64,000 bases of DNA from an uncultured delta proteobacterium (GTDB taxonomy: Bacteria; Desulfobacterota; Binatia; UBA9968): the NCBI GenBank assembly GCA_963737905.1, contig CAVTUQ010000012.1:32001-96000 (forward strand). Reading direction: 5' to 3'. Positions 41,873 through 52,455 of this stretch are shown piece by piece (within the stretch, counting starts at the first letter, position 1; every line of letters starts with the position of its first letter). Made by a program: the position numbers and the translations under genes. The notes beneath the pieces were generated by a model, which saw only the letters and a list, made by a program, of their open reading frames with translations, did not search any database and had not been told where the DNA came from.

Positions 41873-42364
41873 ATGGCGTCCTTTGATATAGTTAGCCGGA
41901 TCGATTTTCAGGAGGTCGACAACGCGGTTAATATCACCAAGAAGGCGATCCTGTCACGCTACGATTTTCGCCAATCGAAAACGGAGATCACCCTCGACAA
42001 AAAGGAAAAGAAGATTCGCGTTACCACCGAAGACGATATGAAAATGAGAGCGGTGCAAGATACGCTCATCGAAAACCTAGTCAGGCGGAAAGTCGACCGA
42101 AAATGTCTGGACGCCAAAGAAAGCCATATGGCGTCGCAGGGCATGATCCAGCGGGAAATAGGAATCAGGGAAGGGGTGGACTCGGACACCGCTCGGAATA
42201 TCGTCAAAATGATCAAAGACCAAAAGGTGAGGGTCCAAGCGGCGATCCAGGAGAATCAAGTCCGGGTGACAGGAAAGAAGATTGACGATCTGCAGGCAGT
42301 GATTCAAATGTTACGCGGAGCCAAGATTCCCATTCCACTCCAGTTTATTAACATGCAGAGTTGA
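41873..42364 (+). CDS. yajQ: YajQ family nucleotide-binding protein
   Basis: SFDIVS, RYDF, QVRVTGKKIDDLQ. Confidence 0.95.
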   Translation: MASFDIVSRIDFQEVDNAVNITKKAILSRYDFRQSKTEITLDKKEKKIRVTTEDDMKMRAVQDTLIENLVRRKVDRKCLDAKESHMASQGMIQREIGIREGVDSDTARNIVKMIKDQKVRVQAAIQENQVRVTGKKIDDLQAVIQMLRGAKIPIPLQFINMQS

Positions 42365-42410
42365 GTGAACAGTTGTCTTGGAATGAGCATCCAAAGGGAG
42401 CGAGGAGACA

Positions 42411-42809
42411 ATGATGGAAAAGATTAAAAAGAACGATGCCGAGTGGAAAAAAGAGCTGACGGACGAACAATTCCACGTTACCAGGAAGAAAGGCACGGAG
42501 CCCGCGTTCAGCGGGGAGTATTGGAATAACCACGAGAAGGGCATCTACCGTTGCAGCTGCTGCGGTAATGAGCTCTTTAGCTCGGATACCAAGTTTGATT
42601 CCGGAACGGGTTGGCCGAGTTTCTCGGCCCCTATCTCCGAAGAAAATGTCACCGCTGAAGAAGACAATAGCTTCTTCATGCGTCGAACCGAGGTTTTGTG
42701 CAGTAAATGCGATGCGCATTTAGGCCACGTCTTCGAGGATGGCCCACAGCCGACGAATCTTCGTTACTGCATCAATTCCGCTTCGCTGAAGCTGGACAAA
42801 CCGAAGTAA
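42411..42809 (+). CDS. msrB: Methionine-R-sulfoxide reductase
   Basis: [26 protein letters not shown]. Confidence 0.97.
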   Translation: MMEKIKKNDAEWKKELTDEQFHVTRKKGTEPAFSGEYWNNHEKGIYRCSCCGNELFSSDTKFDSGTGWPSFSAPISEENVTAEEDNSFFMRRTEVLCSKCDAHLGHVFEDGPQPTNLRYCINSASLKLDKPK

Positions 42810-42828
42810 CGGCTCCGGCGATGCACAT

Positions 42829-43284
42829 ATGGTGGAACCGGCTTTTCAGGACCAGGGCTCCGTCAGTCACTGTCACGGCTGCGGCGCAGATAACGAGAAG
42901 GGGTTACAGATCAAGAGTTTTTGGGAGGGGGACGAGGCGGTCGCCACCTGGAAGGCCCAACCGCATCACTGCGGTGGGAGCAAAGATATCGTCAACGGCG
43001 GGATTGTCGCATCATTGATCGACTGCCATAGCCTTAATTTGGCAATCGCGCGCGCCTATCGCTCGGAAGGCCGGCCCATCGGGAGCTCGCCCCGCATTGG
43101 GTACGTCACCGGAAATTTGAATGTCTCTTATCTGAAGCCGACGCCCATCGCCGAGCCTTTACACCTGAGAGCACGAATCACAAAAATCGAGGGACGCAAA
43201 GCCTGGGTGAGCTGTACTCTGACCGCGGCGGGGCAAGTGTGCGCCACAGGTGAAGTACTCGGCATTCGGGTGCAACGCGATTGA
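42829..43284 (+). CDS. PaaI-like hotdog thioesterase
   Basis: CHGCG.N..GL, NGGIVASLIDCH, YLKPTP. Confidence 0.85.
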   Translation: MVEPAFQDQGSVSHCHGCGADNEKGLQIKSFWEGDEAVATWKAQPHHCGGSKDIVNGGIVASLIDCHSLNLAIARAYRSEGRPIGSSPRIGYVTGNLNVSYLKPTPIAEPLHLRARITKIEGRKAWVSCTLTAAGQVCATGEVLGIRVQRD

Positions 43285-43388
43285 AACGTCGCGCTGTTCT
43301 ATTCACTTTGAACCTTGAACCTGGAACGTTGGACCGGAACCCTAACTTTAAACCGCTCCGCTAGCTGCGATTTGGAAGGAAAGACACA

Positions 43389-44333
43389 ATGGAATACACC
43401 ACCCTTGGGACAACCGGGCTCAAAGTAAGCGTGGCCGGCCTTGGTTGCGGCGGCCCCAGCCGGCTTGGACTACGCGACAACGCGGACTCACAGGAGCGCG
43501 CTATTGGAATTGTGCGACAGGCGATCGATTTGGGTATTAACTTCATTGACACAGCACAGTCCTACGGAACCGAAGGCATTGTTAGCAAAGCGATCAGCGG
43601 AATTCCGCGAGAGCGACTGGTTATTTCCACCAAAAAGACTCTGCCGGGCGTGGATCACCCAAGTCCCGAGGACGAGATCAGGAAGGGTTTGGAGCAGAGC
43701 CTGAAACAACTCGGCACGGATTACATCGATGTCTACCATTTGCATGGCGTCGAGCCCGAGGACTATGACTTCGCCAGGGAGCGGCTCATGCCGGTGATGC
43801 GCCGCCTGCGCGAACAGGGAAAGATCAGATTTATTGGGGTGACGGAGGGCTTTGTGCAGGACCCATCGCATCAAATGCTCCAACAGAGCCTCAAGGAGGA
43901 TTTGTGGGACGTCGTGATGGTGGGCTTCAATCTTTTGAATCCGTCGGCTCGAAGGGCCGTTTTCTCAACGACTCGGGAAAAACAGGTGGGCGTGCTGAAT
44001 ATGTTTGCCGTGCGCAGAGCCTTGAGTCAACCGGATCGGCTGAAAGCAATCGTTGCCGATCTAATCCAGAAGGAAGCGATTTCTCGCGACGCCGTAAACG
44101 CTAAGGATCCTCTCGACTTTTTGCTGAGGGAAAGCGGCGCGAAGACGCTCCCCGAAGTGGCCTACCGCTTCTGTCGGCATGAACGCGGTGTCCATGTCGT
44201 CTTGACCGGCACCGGGAATTCGGAGCATTTAAAAGCCAATGTCGAGTCGATTTTGAAACCGGCTCTCCCATTGCCTTTGCTTCAGAAGCTCGAAGCAATC
44301 TTCGGCAACTTGGACACGCTCACCGGAAATTGA
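43389..44333 (+). CDS. Aldo/keto reductase
   Basis: LGTTGLKVS, DTAQSYG, LGTDYIDVYHLH, GKIRFIG. Confidence 0.92.
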   Translation: MEYTTLGTTGLKVSVAGLGCGGPSRLGLRDNADSQERAIGIVRQAIDLGINFIDTAQSYGTEGIVSKAISGIPRERLVISTKKTLPGVDHPSPEDEIRKGLEQSLKQLGTDYIDVYHLHGVEPEDYDFARERLMPVMRRLREQGKIRFIGVTEGFVQDPSHQMLQQSLKEDLWDVVMVGFNLLNPSARRAVFSTTREKQVGVLNMFAVRRALSQPDRLKAIVADLIQKEAISRDAVNAKDPLDFLLRESGAKTLPEVAYRFCRHERGVHVVLTGTGNSEHLKANVESILKPALPLPLLQKLEAIFGNLDTLTGN

Positions 44334-44338
44334 GCGAC

Positions 44339-45457
44339 TCAATTCGACTCTTCGCTTTGGAACAGCTTGGAGTACTGTTCCCACGGCGCGGGAGCGACCT
44401 GGGCGGTTTTGAGATTTTCTTCAACGTGCGAAAGCTGTTTCATCCCTACGAGTGCCGTCGTAACGCCCGGAGTCGAGCGGACGAACTGCAAGGCTCTCTG
44501 GCCGTCCGTCTCTAAAGATTGAAAAGTGTCGTTGATGATGGACGGGAGGTTACGCGTGAGCTGACCTTGCAACACCGAAGCGCTGCACATAACGCTGATG
44601 CCGAGTGCTTGCGCCGCTTCTAACGTCGTGAGTTGCTTCCCCTCGAGCTGCTGGTTGGAGAGAGATAGCGCCTCAGTCATGCCCAGGTTGAGGGGCAGCT
44701 GAATGACTTTGAACCGGTGGTTTTTCCCGCCCGCCTTGGAGGCCAGTTCCACGGTGTCGGCTAGAGACAGGTAGTCTTTTGCCGCCGGATCGTTACGGTA
44801 TCCGTTCCAGGTTGCAGCGCCGTACAGGCGGATCTTTCCCGCCGCGACAGCGTTCTCCAACGACTCAAAGGCCCGCAGCAATCGGTCGCTGAATTCCGCG
44901 CGCGCAATCTTTCCGAGTTGGGTTTCGGGATTGTGAACGTAGTAGATGTCGACACATTCCAAGTCGAGGTTGCGAAGGCTGCAATCCAGCTGGTGCGAAA
45001 GATAGCTCGGTGTCATGCAGTGACAACTGGCGATCACGTCAGCGAGCTGCGCGACGCCGGGCGTAACGAAGGTTGCCTCAAAATAGCTCCGCATGTCGCT
45101 GGGCGGGACACCCTCGTACGGAATAAAGCCGCCTTTCGTCGCTACGACGATCTCGTCGCGATTGAATCCGCGAGACACCAGCTCTTTCAGCGCTGTGCCG
45201 ATGGAGCGTTCGCTCCGCTGGCAACGGTAATTGATGGCGGTGTCGACGACGTTGCAACCCGATTCGACGGCGCGGACGATCGCGTCGTGGTAGAGCTTGT
45301 CCGTCTCCACATCGTGATTACCCAGATAAGTGCCGATGCCGATGGACGATAGCCACAGTCCTTGAGACTGGCGAAAATGTCCGGACGAAATCTTGCCTTC
45401 GAAACGCTTGCGATAGCGCTCCGTGCCTTCAGCCGTGGCTGATCCTTGAAGCTTCAT
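44339..45457 (-). CDS. Aldo/keto reductase
   Basis: SSIGIGTYLG, DTAINYR, YYVHNPE, ALVGM. Confidence 0.9.
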   Translation of the reverse strand: MKLQGSATAEGTERYRKRFEGKISSGHFRQSQGLWLSSIGIGTYLGNHDVETDKLYHDAIVRAVESGCNVVDTAINYRCQRSERSIGTALKELVSRGFNRDEIVVATKGGFIPYEGVPPSDMRSYFEATFVTPGVAQLADVIASCHCMTPSYLSHQLDCSLRNLDLECVDIYYVHNPETQLGKIARAEFSDRLLRAFESLENAVAAGKIRLYGAATWNGYRNDPAAKDYLSLADTVELASKAGGKNHRFKVIQLPLNLGMTEALSLSNQQLEGKQLTTLEAAQALGISVMCSASVLQGQLTRNLPSIINDTFQSLETDGQRALQFVRSTPGVTTALVGMKQLSHVEENLKTAQVAPAPWEQYSKLFQSEESN

Positions 45458-45924
45458 CTTGTACCTTTGCCTCCGCGAAAAATAAGACCATCCAATCCCA
45501 GCGCGCGGCCGGGGTTGGAGAGTAGGAAGATGATCAGTGAGACGATGAACGTTTGTTGTTGGGCCAGGGTCGCGCCGCCCCGGGCCATGCCGGGTCCAAG
45601 ATAATAATTGATCACCATGAACAGAGCGACGAAAGCGCTCAGGCGCGTCAGGAGACCGAGGAGCAAACATCCCCCCGCTAGAATCTCACCCGACATTACA
45701 AGGTAACCGAATAGCTCTTGATGCGGAACCACATAGTCAACGAGGAACTTTTTGTACCATGGGTAGAGGTCGAGGGTGGCGAGGTCGCCGATTTGTCGGC
45801 CGATCCAGTCGCCGTGCGGAAAATCCCGCTGAAACTTTCTGACACCCTGCTGCAGCATATAGTAGCCGACGTAAATGCGCAGAAGGGCGACGTACCAGAG
45901 ATAGGTCCTCTCCTTAAGGTTCAT
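45454..45924 (-). CDS. DoxX family membrane protein
   Basis: LLRIYVG, GEIL.G.LLLGLLTR, GRALGLD. Confidence 0.85.
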   Translation of the reverse strand: MNLKERTYLWYVALLRIYVGYYMLQQGVRKFQRDFPHGDWIGRQIGDLATLDLYPWYKKFLVDYVVPHQELFGYLVMSGEILAGGCLLLGLLTRLSAFVALFMVINYYLGPGMARGGATLAQQQTFIVSLIIFLLSNPGRALGLDGLIFRGGKGTR

Positions 45925-46049
45925 TTTGTTTCCCCGCGAGACAGACGGAGGGTGCCACCGGATTGTTGATTTGATCTCAACCAGGAGCTGAGAATGAAAG
46001 ACGTCTCAACATGCGCCCGCATGGGGCGGCAAACCGTGCCAAGCCACCG

Positions 46050-46820
46050 CTAGAATGCGTCTTTAAGCTTCCGCACCGTTGCAAATACTGAAATCGGATC
46101 CAGTCGAAGACCGGGCGAACCGGCTTTCAAGCTCGCCTGGATTTCCTTGCTGTCCCAGCGTAGGAACGGGTTCGTTTGCTTTTCCTCTTCGATCGTCGAA
46201 GGAACCGTGGAGGCGCCGCGACTTCTTAACCCCTGGACTCTTTCGAACCGAGAAACAAGTTTGTGATTTTTAGGTTCCAGGGTCATGGCGAAACGGAGGT
46301 TGCTCTCCGTGTATTCGTGACCGCAGTAGACTTTTGTGTCGTCGGGCAGGCCCATGAGCTTCTTCAAGGACCCGTGCATCTGCTCCGGTGTGCCCTCGAA
46401 CAGGCGACCACAACCCGCGGTGAACAATGTGTCGCCGCAGAAAAGATTATTGCCGAAAAGATAAGCGACATGGCCCGTGGTGTGGCCCGGAATGAAAAGG
46501 ACGCTTCCTCGCTCCTCACCGATAGTGATCTCGTCCTCTTCCTCAACGCCGTGGGTGAGTCCCGGGATCCTTCCTTGGTCGCTCTTGTGACCGTAGACCT
46601 CGAGACTCTGCTTGGCCAGCAACCCCTCGTTCCCGCCCGTATGGTCACGGTGATGGTGGGTATTCAGAATGGCTTTTAATGTCACCTTCTCCAGTTCGAC
46701 GCGCCGCAAAACCGGTTCGGCTTCAGACGGATCGACAATCCCCGCCGTATTGGTTTTTGGGCAGATGAGAAGGTAGCCATAATTGTCTCGAAGCAACGGA
46801 ATTTGAACGATTTTCATCAT
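46050..46820 (-). CDS. gloB: Hydroxyacylglutathione hydrolase (glyoxalase II)
   Basis: DNYGY, THHHRDHTGG, GDTLF.AGCGR, CGHEYT, TNPFLR. Confidence 0.95.
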   Translation of the reverse strand: MMKIVQIPLLRDNYGYLLICPKTNTAGIVDPSEAEPVLRRVELEKVTLKAILNTHHHRDHTGGNEGLLAKQSLEVYGHKSDQGRIPGLTHGVEEEDEITIGEERGSVLFIPGHTTGHVAYLFGNNLFCGDTLFTAGCGRLFEGTPEQMHGSLKKLMGLPDDTKVYCGHEYTESNLRFAMTLEPKNHKLVSRFERVQGLRSRGASTVPSTIEEEKQTNPFLRWDSKEIQASLKAGSPGLRLDPISVFATVRKLKDAF

Positions 46821-46958
46821 CGATTTTTTCTTTGCTCCTGATAGCGCGGTGGGATGATACTTACAACTATCGGATTTTACCCGACTCTTCAATCAAAAAA
46901 TAATGCGTGAACAGTTTCGCTTGACCCGGCCGCGGTAAGTCTCCTATAGTCGAGCATC

Positions 46959-48137
46959 ATGATTCGTGCCGGAGCCGGGCAATCCGCTAACCCATCGACG
47001 GAGCGGGCGGCTGAGCAAGCCGCAATGGAAGCGATGGCCCAAGCGGGAATTTCGCGGGCTGACGCTGTGGTCGTTTTTTTTACGGCGGATCATGCTCTTC
47101 ACAGCCAAAGCCTGCTTTCCACGCTGACCCGAGTGACTCGAAGCGACCGGATCGTGGGCTCCAGCGGCGCCGGAATCCTGACGGGCGACGGAGAGATCGA
47201 GGGCCAGCACGGCCTGGCGGTGCTCGTGCTCGCGTCGGATCAAATGCAGAGTCGGCCTTTCCTATTTGAGCCGTTGCGCGAGCGTGATGAAGAAGTCGGG
47301 GCCGAAATAGCACAAATGGTCGGTGCTGATCAGCGCTCTCTGTTAGCCCTGTTTCCGGACACCTACAACGGCCAACCGCATCAGTTGTTGCACAGCATTG
47401 AGGAAAAGATCGGCTTTGTTCCCGTGGTCGGCGCCGGATCCACCGAGAATGGAGTGGCGCAGGCGACTTATCAAATTTGCGGTGAAAAGTGTCAATCGAA
47501 TTCCGTCGCAGGGCTGCAACTTTCAGGTTCCTTTGAAGCGGTCATCGATATCACACAGGGCTGCCAACCGATCACGGAGCCGATGGTCATTACGAAGGCC
47601 GAGAGAAATCTAATTCACGAGATCGATGATCGCCCGGCTCTAGAAGTTTTCGCTAAACTCCTTAAAGGCCCTCTCGCAGAAGACCTGAGGCGCGCACTGA
47701 TGTTCATTTTCGTCGGACTGCCGCCCGGCCCGGACCGAGACACTATCGTCCCTGGACAATATCTCGTGCGCAACATCATCGGCTTGGATCCCGCGAAGGG
47801 AATCATAGGCGTTGCGGACCAGGTAAAAGAAGGACAGTCGATGATCTTTACCTTGCGCGACGGTCAACGAGCGCGGGAGGATCTGAATCAAATGCTCGAG
47901 CGGCAGGCTCGAAAACTAGAGGGAAGAAAGCCCGCCTTCGGTCTCTATTTTAACTGCTGTGCTCGCGGCAACTCGCTCTATGGAATGCCCGGAATCGATA
48001 CGGCCTACATTCAGCAGGCACTGGGCGGTTTTCCCTTGCTCGGCACGTTCGGCGGCTATGAGCTTGCACCTCTGGGAGCAAAGAATCATCTTTTCGCCTA
48101 TACCGGCGTCTTGGCCTTAATCACCGACAAAAGTTAG
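46959..48137 (+). CDS. FIST N/C domain protein
   Basis: TQGCQPI, YLVRNIIG, YFNCCARG, GYELAP. Confidence 0.9.
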   Translation: MIRAGAGQSANPSTERAAEQAAMEAMAQAGISRADAVVVFFTADHALHSQSLLSTLTRVTRSDRIVGSSGAGILTGDGEIEGQHGLAVLVLASDQMQSRPFLFEPLRERDEEVGAEIAQMVGADQRSLLALFPDTYNGQPHQLLHSIEEKIGFVPVVGAGSTENGVAQATYQICGEKCQSNSVAGLQLSGSFEAVIDITQGCQPITEPMVITKAERNLIHEIDDRPALEVFAKLLKGPLAEDLRRALMFIFVGLPPGPDRDTIVPGQYLVRNIIGLDPAKGIIGVADQVKEGQSMIFTLRDGQRAREDLNQMLERQARKLEGRKPAFGLYFNCCARGNSLYGMPGIDTAYIQQALGGFPLLGTFGGYELAPLGAKNHLFAYTGVLALITDKS

Positions 48138-48149
48138 AGTGCGAGTCAA

Positions 48150-48279
48150 TTTTAGATTTTCGATTTTCGATTGTCGGAGCGAAAATCATAACGCTTCATT
48201 CCGCGTTTCTCTATCCCGTTCCAAAATCGAAAATCGGCAATCCAAAACCTGTCCTGAGCTAAGCCGAAGAATCCAAAAT
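48150..48279. repeat. Periodic heptamer palindrome with REP-like insert
   Basis: ttttagattttcgattttcgattg ... caaaatcgaaaatcggcaatccaaaa-cctgtcctgagctaagccgaag-aatccaaaat. Confidence 0.7.
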
Positions 48280-48301
48280 GGGGGTGAGGTGAGATGGCCG
48301 G

Positions 48302-50128
48302 TTAGGCGCGTCCGATTCGTTTCCGCTTGTTGGCGATATAGTCCACCATGATGTAGTTGCCCATCTGATCCGGCGAGGTGTAAAAAACCCGCCCCGTATT
48401 GAGACGGGAAAGCTGATCAATGAAACCCTGCCGGTAAAAGTCGGCGCCTAACATAAAAGTATTGATTTTGATCCCGCTCTGAGTGCAGCGCTTCACTTCC
48501 TTCAGTGTCTCGTGAACGATGCGGCTATGGAGTAGAGCAGAACCCCAGCCGCTGTGGAGCCGCCCGCCCCGGTCCAAGGTCGCCGCGGTGGGCTCACCGT
48601 CGGTGATCAGGATGATCTGCCGGTTGGTAGTCTTGTGCGAGCCCAGCAGTTGGCGCGCAAAACGCAGGGCTTCCTTAATGTCCGTGCCGTGCTCCATAAA
48701 GTAAGTGAGAGAGACGATCGACGGAAGGTCCTCCGCCTTGATCAGCTTGGCGTTGGACCGAAAGGCGACCAGGTGCAAAGTATCCTGCGGGTATTTGGTC
48801 TCAATGAGCCGGTGCAGAGCCAGCGCGACCTTTTTACCGGCGTGGAGCGCGTCGTTCATCAACATCGAATAGCTCACATCAATCAATAGAGCGGTTTCGC
48901 TGGCGGTGGAAAATTCCACGCGGTGAACGGAAAAATCCTCCGGTGCAATTTTCAGCGGAGCGCCTTTCTTGCGTTTTTCAAGGGCGTTCAACAGTGTTTC
49001 GCTGATATTGATATTCATGGGGTCGCCGTACTCATAGTTTTTCGTTTCTTCGAGGCGGTCACCCTGCGAGCCCCGTACGGCGGTGTTGTGGTTGCCCCAG
49101 CGGCTTTTGTTTAGCATCTGAAAGATTTCGCGCAGCGCCTTGTCCCCGATCTTTCTTATGCCCTTCGGTGTCAACTTGAGTCCGTGGTTGGTCCGGACGA
49201 TGTATCCCTCTTCTTCTAGCATCTGCTCGACGCCTTTAAGATATTTCAAGTTCTCGTAGGCTTCTTCGCCAAGGAGCTGGCGAATTTCCTCGAGGTCGAG
49301 CTCGGAAGGATCACCCATGCCCCGTTGTCCCCAGCGGAGAAAACGCTCCAGGCCGCGCAGTTGGCCGAGGATCTGACCCGCCTCACCCATGCCCATGCGC
49401 TGGGAACCCTGAAATGGGTATTGATTCAGAAGTTGTTCCAGCTGCTGCATCTGGCTCATCATGTCGCTCAATTGCTGCAGTTGTTCTTGGGTCATGGAGT
49501 CGAGGTTTTCCAGCATGTTGTCGAGATCGTCGACGGCGGCGTCCAGCATGTTGGGTAGGTTCTTGAGAAAGTTCTCGTCCTGTAAAAGCTGGTTCATTCT
49601 ATCGAGCATATCCATCAAGCTCTGATAGTTCTGTCCCGTCAGGTTTTGGCGCTGCTGGGTGCTGCGCTCGGAGATCTGATTTTGCAGCCGGTTTCTCAAT
49701 TCTTGATAGCGCTGATAAGCCTCCTGCATCCGGCGCTGCATCTCGTCCATGTTCCCGGCATATTTCCCCGATAGGCGTTCCATGAAATTCCGCATTTGCT
49801 CGTGGTAGGCCTCGAGTTTTTCCGCCAGGCTGCTGAGTTTGTCGCTGAGGGCTTTTTCTTCTTCCGGGGTCAGCTTGAAAGAATCGGGAGAATATTTTTT
49901 GAGCATCTCGCGGCGCTTCTCTTCCGCTTCGCGCAGGAAATCGCGCATCCCTTTGACCGAACGCAGCCCGTCTTCCGACGTCAAGCCGCGGCGCATGAGA
50001 TCACGGAGCGCGCGCCGCACCCCTTCTTCTTCCAAGAGGTTGTCGGAAAGATGCTTGAGGAGATCGTCCGTGGTGGGAAAGAGCACTTCCTGCGTGCCGT
50101 CCCATTGGGTGTAGCGATGGATTCTCAT
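48302..50128 (-). CDS. VWA domain-containing protein
   Basis: RYTQWDGTQ, LTPKGIRKIG, DVSYSM (MIDAS), ITDGEPT. Confidence 0.9.
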   Translation of the reverse strand: MRIHRYTQWDGTQEVLFPTTDDLLKHLSDNLLEEEGVRRALRDLMRRGLTSEDGLRSVKGMRDFLREAEEKRREMLKKYSPDSFKLTPEEEKALSDKLSSLAEKLEAYHEQMRNFMERLSGKYAGNMDEMQRRMQEAYQRYQELRNRLQNQISERSTQQRQNLTGQNYQSLMDMLDRMNQLLQDENFLKNLPNMLDAAVDDLDNMLENLDSMTQEQLQQLSDMMSQMQQLEQLLNQYPFQGSQRMGMGEAGQILGQLRGLERFLRWGQRGMGDPSELDLEEIRQLLGEEAYENLKYLKGVEQMLEEEGYIVRTNHGLKLTPKGIRKIGDKALREIFQMLNKSRWGNHNTAVRGSQGDRLEETKNYEYGDPMNINISETLLNALEKRKKGAPLKIAPEDFSVHRVEFSTASETALLIDVSYSMLMNDALHAGKKVALALHRLIETKYPQDTLHLVAFRSNAKLIKAEDLPSIVSLTYFMEHGTDIKEALRFARQLLGSHKTTNRQIILITDGEPTAATLDRGGRLHSGWGSALLHSRIVHETLKEVKRCTQSGIKINTFMLGADFYRQGFIDQLSRLNTGRVFYTSPDQMGNYIMVDYIANKRKRIGRA

Positions 50129-50286
50129 TACGTCTGGACTATAGCGCAGTTTATTTGGGATTAAAACCCCGAAGAAGGCTCCGATGACGCCTGAAATCAG
50201 CCTTACGAGAACGCGCACCGGCGCCGCCGTTGGCAGGGTATGGCCCAGGCCACGGGAATGAGCTATGTGTAGAGAAGAGATTGCTC

Positions 50287-51402
50287 ATGATTTCGGCGGA
50301 TTGCGTTGTCATCGGCGCGGGGTTCGCGGGAGCCGCGACGGCTTATCATTTGACCCGGTTAGGACTAACGGACATCTTGCTCCTGGAGCAAGAGACTGTC
50401 CCGGGGTTTCATTCATCCGGGCGCAATGCGGCGATGATTCGCCAATGTGTTCCGGACCCGGCGCTGGCCCAGCTCACCCGGGACGGCGCCGCGTTTTTAA
50501 GGGATCTGCCTTCGGACTGGCCCGTGCCGGTCGAGTTCAAGCAAAACGGCTCCCTGCTGCTCGGAAGCGGCAAAGGTTGGGAGAAGCTCAGGCACGATAC
50601 CGGCATCGGCCTAAGCTTGGGCGTTGAGGTAACTTCGTGGACTCCGGAGCAGGCGAAGAGCCACGTTCCGGTTCTCAAAGAAGCGGAGTTCGACGGCGCA
50701 GCATGGTGCGCTAGCGACGGGATTATCGATATCCATGCGCTGTTATCGGGCTATCTCAAAGCAGCGACAGCCAGAGGAATACGCGTTCGCTATGGCAGCG
50801 CGGTCCAGGCCATTCGCCCGATGGGTGTTGATGAACTTGAAGTCATCAGCAATGGCGAGAGTATCAAGACCGGCGTAGTGGTTAACGCAAGCGGTGCCTG
50901 GGCGAATACAGTTGCGAAGATGGCCGGAGCAGTCGAGTTGCCGCTTCACCCTTGCCGGCGTCATCTGTTTGTGTCGCCGCCACTCGATTGGGTTGATCCG
51001 AGTTGGCCGTTTGTCTGGGACGTAAGCCACGATATCTATTTCCGTCCCGAAGGCGAGGGCTTACTCCTTTGCGCCTGCGATCAACAGGAGTTGCCACCGG
51101 GCGATCCGCCTGTGGACGAAACGGTGCAGGAGCTTTTGGCGGAAAAAATCCAAAATTACATCCCCGCTCTTTCACGGGTAAGCATAAGCAAAAGATGGGC
51201 TGGATTTAGGACCTTGTCTGCCGACGGTCGTTTCGTTATTGGTTGGGATCCGAAGGTCAGGGGTCTGTTTTGGGTCGCCGGTCTCGGAGGTCACGGCGTC
51301 ACTACCAGCTCAGCTGTCGGTGCCTTGGCTGCCGAACTGATCTTGGGAGGGCCCGACCAGAGATCCGATCCTTTCTCCCCCCATAGATTTATTGGCTCTT
51401 GA
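50287..51402 (+). CDS. FAD-dependent oxidoreductase (DAO/sarcosine oxidase family)
   Basis: VIGAGFAG, SSGRNAA, WAGFRT, GLGGHG. Confidence 0.9.
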   Translation: MISADCVVIGAGFAGAATAYHLTRLGLTDILLLEQETVPGFHSSGRNAAMIRQCVPDPALAQLTRDGAAFLRDLPSDWPVPVEFKQNGSLLLGSGKGWEKLRHDTGIGLSLGVEVTSWTPEQAKSHVPVLKEAEFDGAAWCASDGIIDIHALLSGYLKAATARGIRVRYGSAVQAIRPMGVDELEVISNGESIKTGVVVNASGAWANTVAKMAGAVELPLHPCRRHLFVSPPLDWVDPSWPFVWDVSHDIYFRPEGEGLLLCACDQQELPPGDPPVDETVQELLAEKIQNYIPALSRVSISKRWAGFRTLSADGRFVIGWDPKVRGLFWVAGLGGHGVTTSSAVGALAAELILGGPDQRSDPFSPHRFIGS

Positions 51403-51418
51403 ACATTTGGAGGGTGTC

Positions 51419-52186
51419 ATGGCTGATCCTACAGAAAAGCTCTTGCCACGATTTCGTTACGGCGTGATCCATCCCCGCGCAAACGAAGAGTTCCAGCGAG
51501 GGCCGGGTTACCAACTCTACCGGCTCGTGCCGCTGGATGTCATGGAAATATCCACCGGGCTTGGCCTCGAGAACTATACTCCCGAGGGGGTCGAGAAGGC
51601 GGTTGGCAACTACTGGAAATGCGTCGAGATCCTGGCCAAGCAAAAGGCGGACATGATTATTTTCAGTGGCGCGCCGATCTCAGGAGTGTTGGGCCGGCCG
51701 CGGGTGGTCGAGTTGCTGCGCCAGACGAAAGAAAAAACCGGCGTCCCGGCAGATGCGCCGCTGGAAGCTCTCATAGCCGCCATGAACCATCTAGGGCTCA
51801 AGACTTTGACGATTGGCAGCAGATGGGCCGACGCAGTCAACGAAGCGATGACGCGTTATCTGGAAGCGGGCGGAATTAGAGTCGTCGGAATCACCAAAAG
51901 AAACCAATGGGCCGCCGACGCGTTTGCCATGTCCCTAGAGGAAGGGCTGAAGATCGCACTCGACGTTGGGCGGGAAGCGGCAAGGCTGGCGCCCGAGGCG
52001 GATGCCATCGCCGTGCCTGGGGGAGCGGCTATGGCTCTCCACGTCATCCCCGCTTTAGAAGAGGAATTTGGCAAGCCGGCATTTACAAATATGAGCGTGG
52101 AGGTTTGGAACGACTTGGTGCGTCCCGGTATTATCCCGCCGGTCCAAGGATGGGGATGTCTGCTCGCAAATCAGCGCCGGCCATAA
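51419..52186 (+). CDS. Arylmalonate decarboxylase / maleate isomerase-like protein
   Basis: ALIAAMNHLGLK, YLEAGGI, ALEEEFGKP; no Cys at the expected catalytic sites. Confidence 0.7.
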   Translation: MADPTEKLLPRFRYGVIHPRANEEFQRGPGYQLYRLVPLDVMEISTGLGLENYTPEGVEKAVGNYWKCVEILAKQKADMIIFSGAPISGVLGRPRVVELLRQTKEKTGVPADAPLEALIAAMNHLGLKTLTIGSRWADAVNEAMTRYLEAGGIRVVGITKRNQWAADAFAMSLEEGLKIALDVGREAARLAPEADAIAVPGGAAMALHVIPALEEEFGKPAFTNMSVEVWNDLVRPGIIPPVQGWGCLLANQRRP

Positions 52187-52271
52187 GGTCCTTTTTACTG
52201 TGCTTCACGCTTTTCGCAGCTTGCCTAAATTTTTCCAGTGGCCCGTGGTGACAATCCAAAACGGGGATTTG

Positions 52272-52387
52272 CTCGCGCCAAGACGCCAAGAACGCCAAGT
52301 TCAGAAGTTTAATTTCTTTGCGCCCTTTGCGCCTTTGCGCGAAGTATTCCGAATTCTTTTTTTGTGTTCTTTGCGCGTTTTGCGGTT
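52272..52387. repeat. Periodic palindrome (cgccaag / ctttgcg units)
   Basis: cgcgccaagacgccaagaacgccaag ... ctttgcgccctttgcgcctttgcgcg. Confidence 0.7.
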
Positions 52388-52455
52388 AATTCTCCGGTTC
52401 CGAATCGGTTTTGGTTACAGCTCTGCCGCGCTAGGCGAATAAGGAGCAAAAGGTA

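Noticed and set aside
46021-46045. Sigma-54 motifs at 46030 (minus strand) and 33826
   Set aside because: GG-to-GC spacing is not 10 nt.
48139-48351. Small ORFs over intergenic repeats (also 52200-52442)
   Set aside because: Translations of periodic palindromes, not genes.
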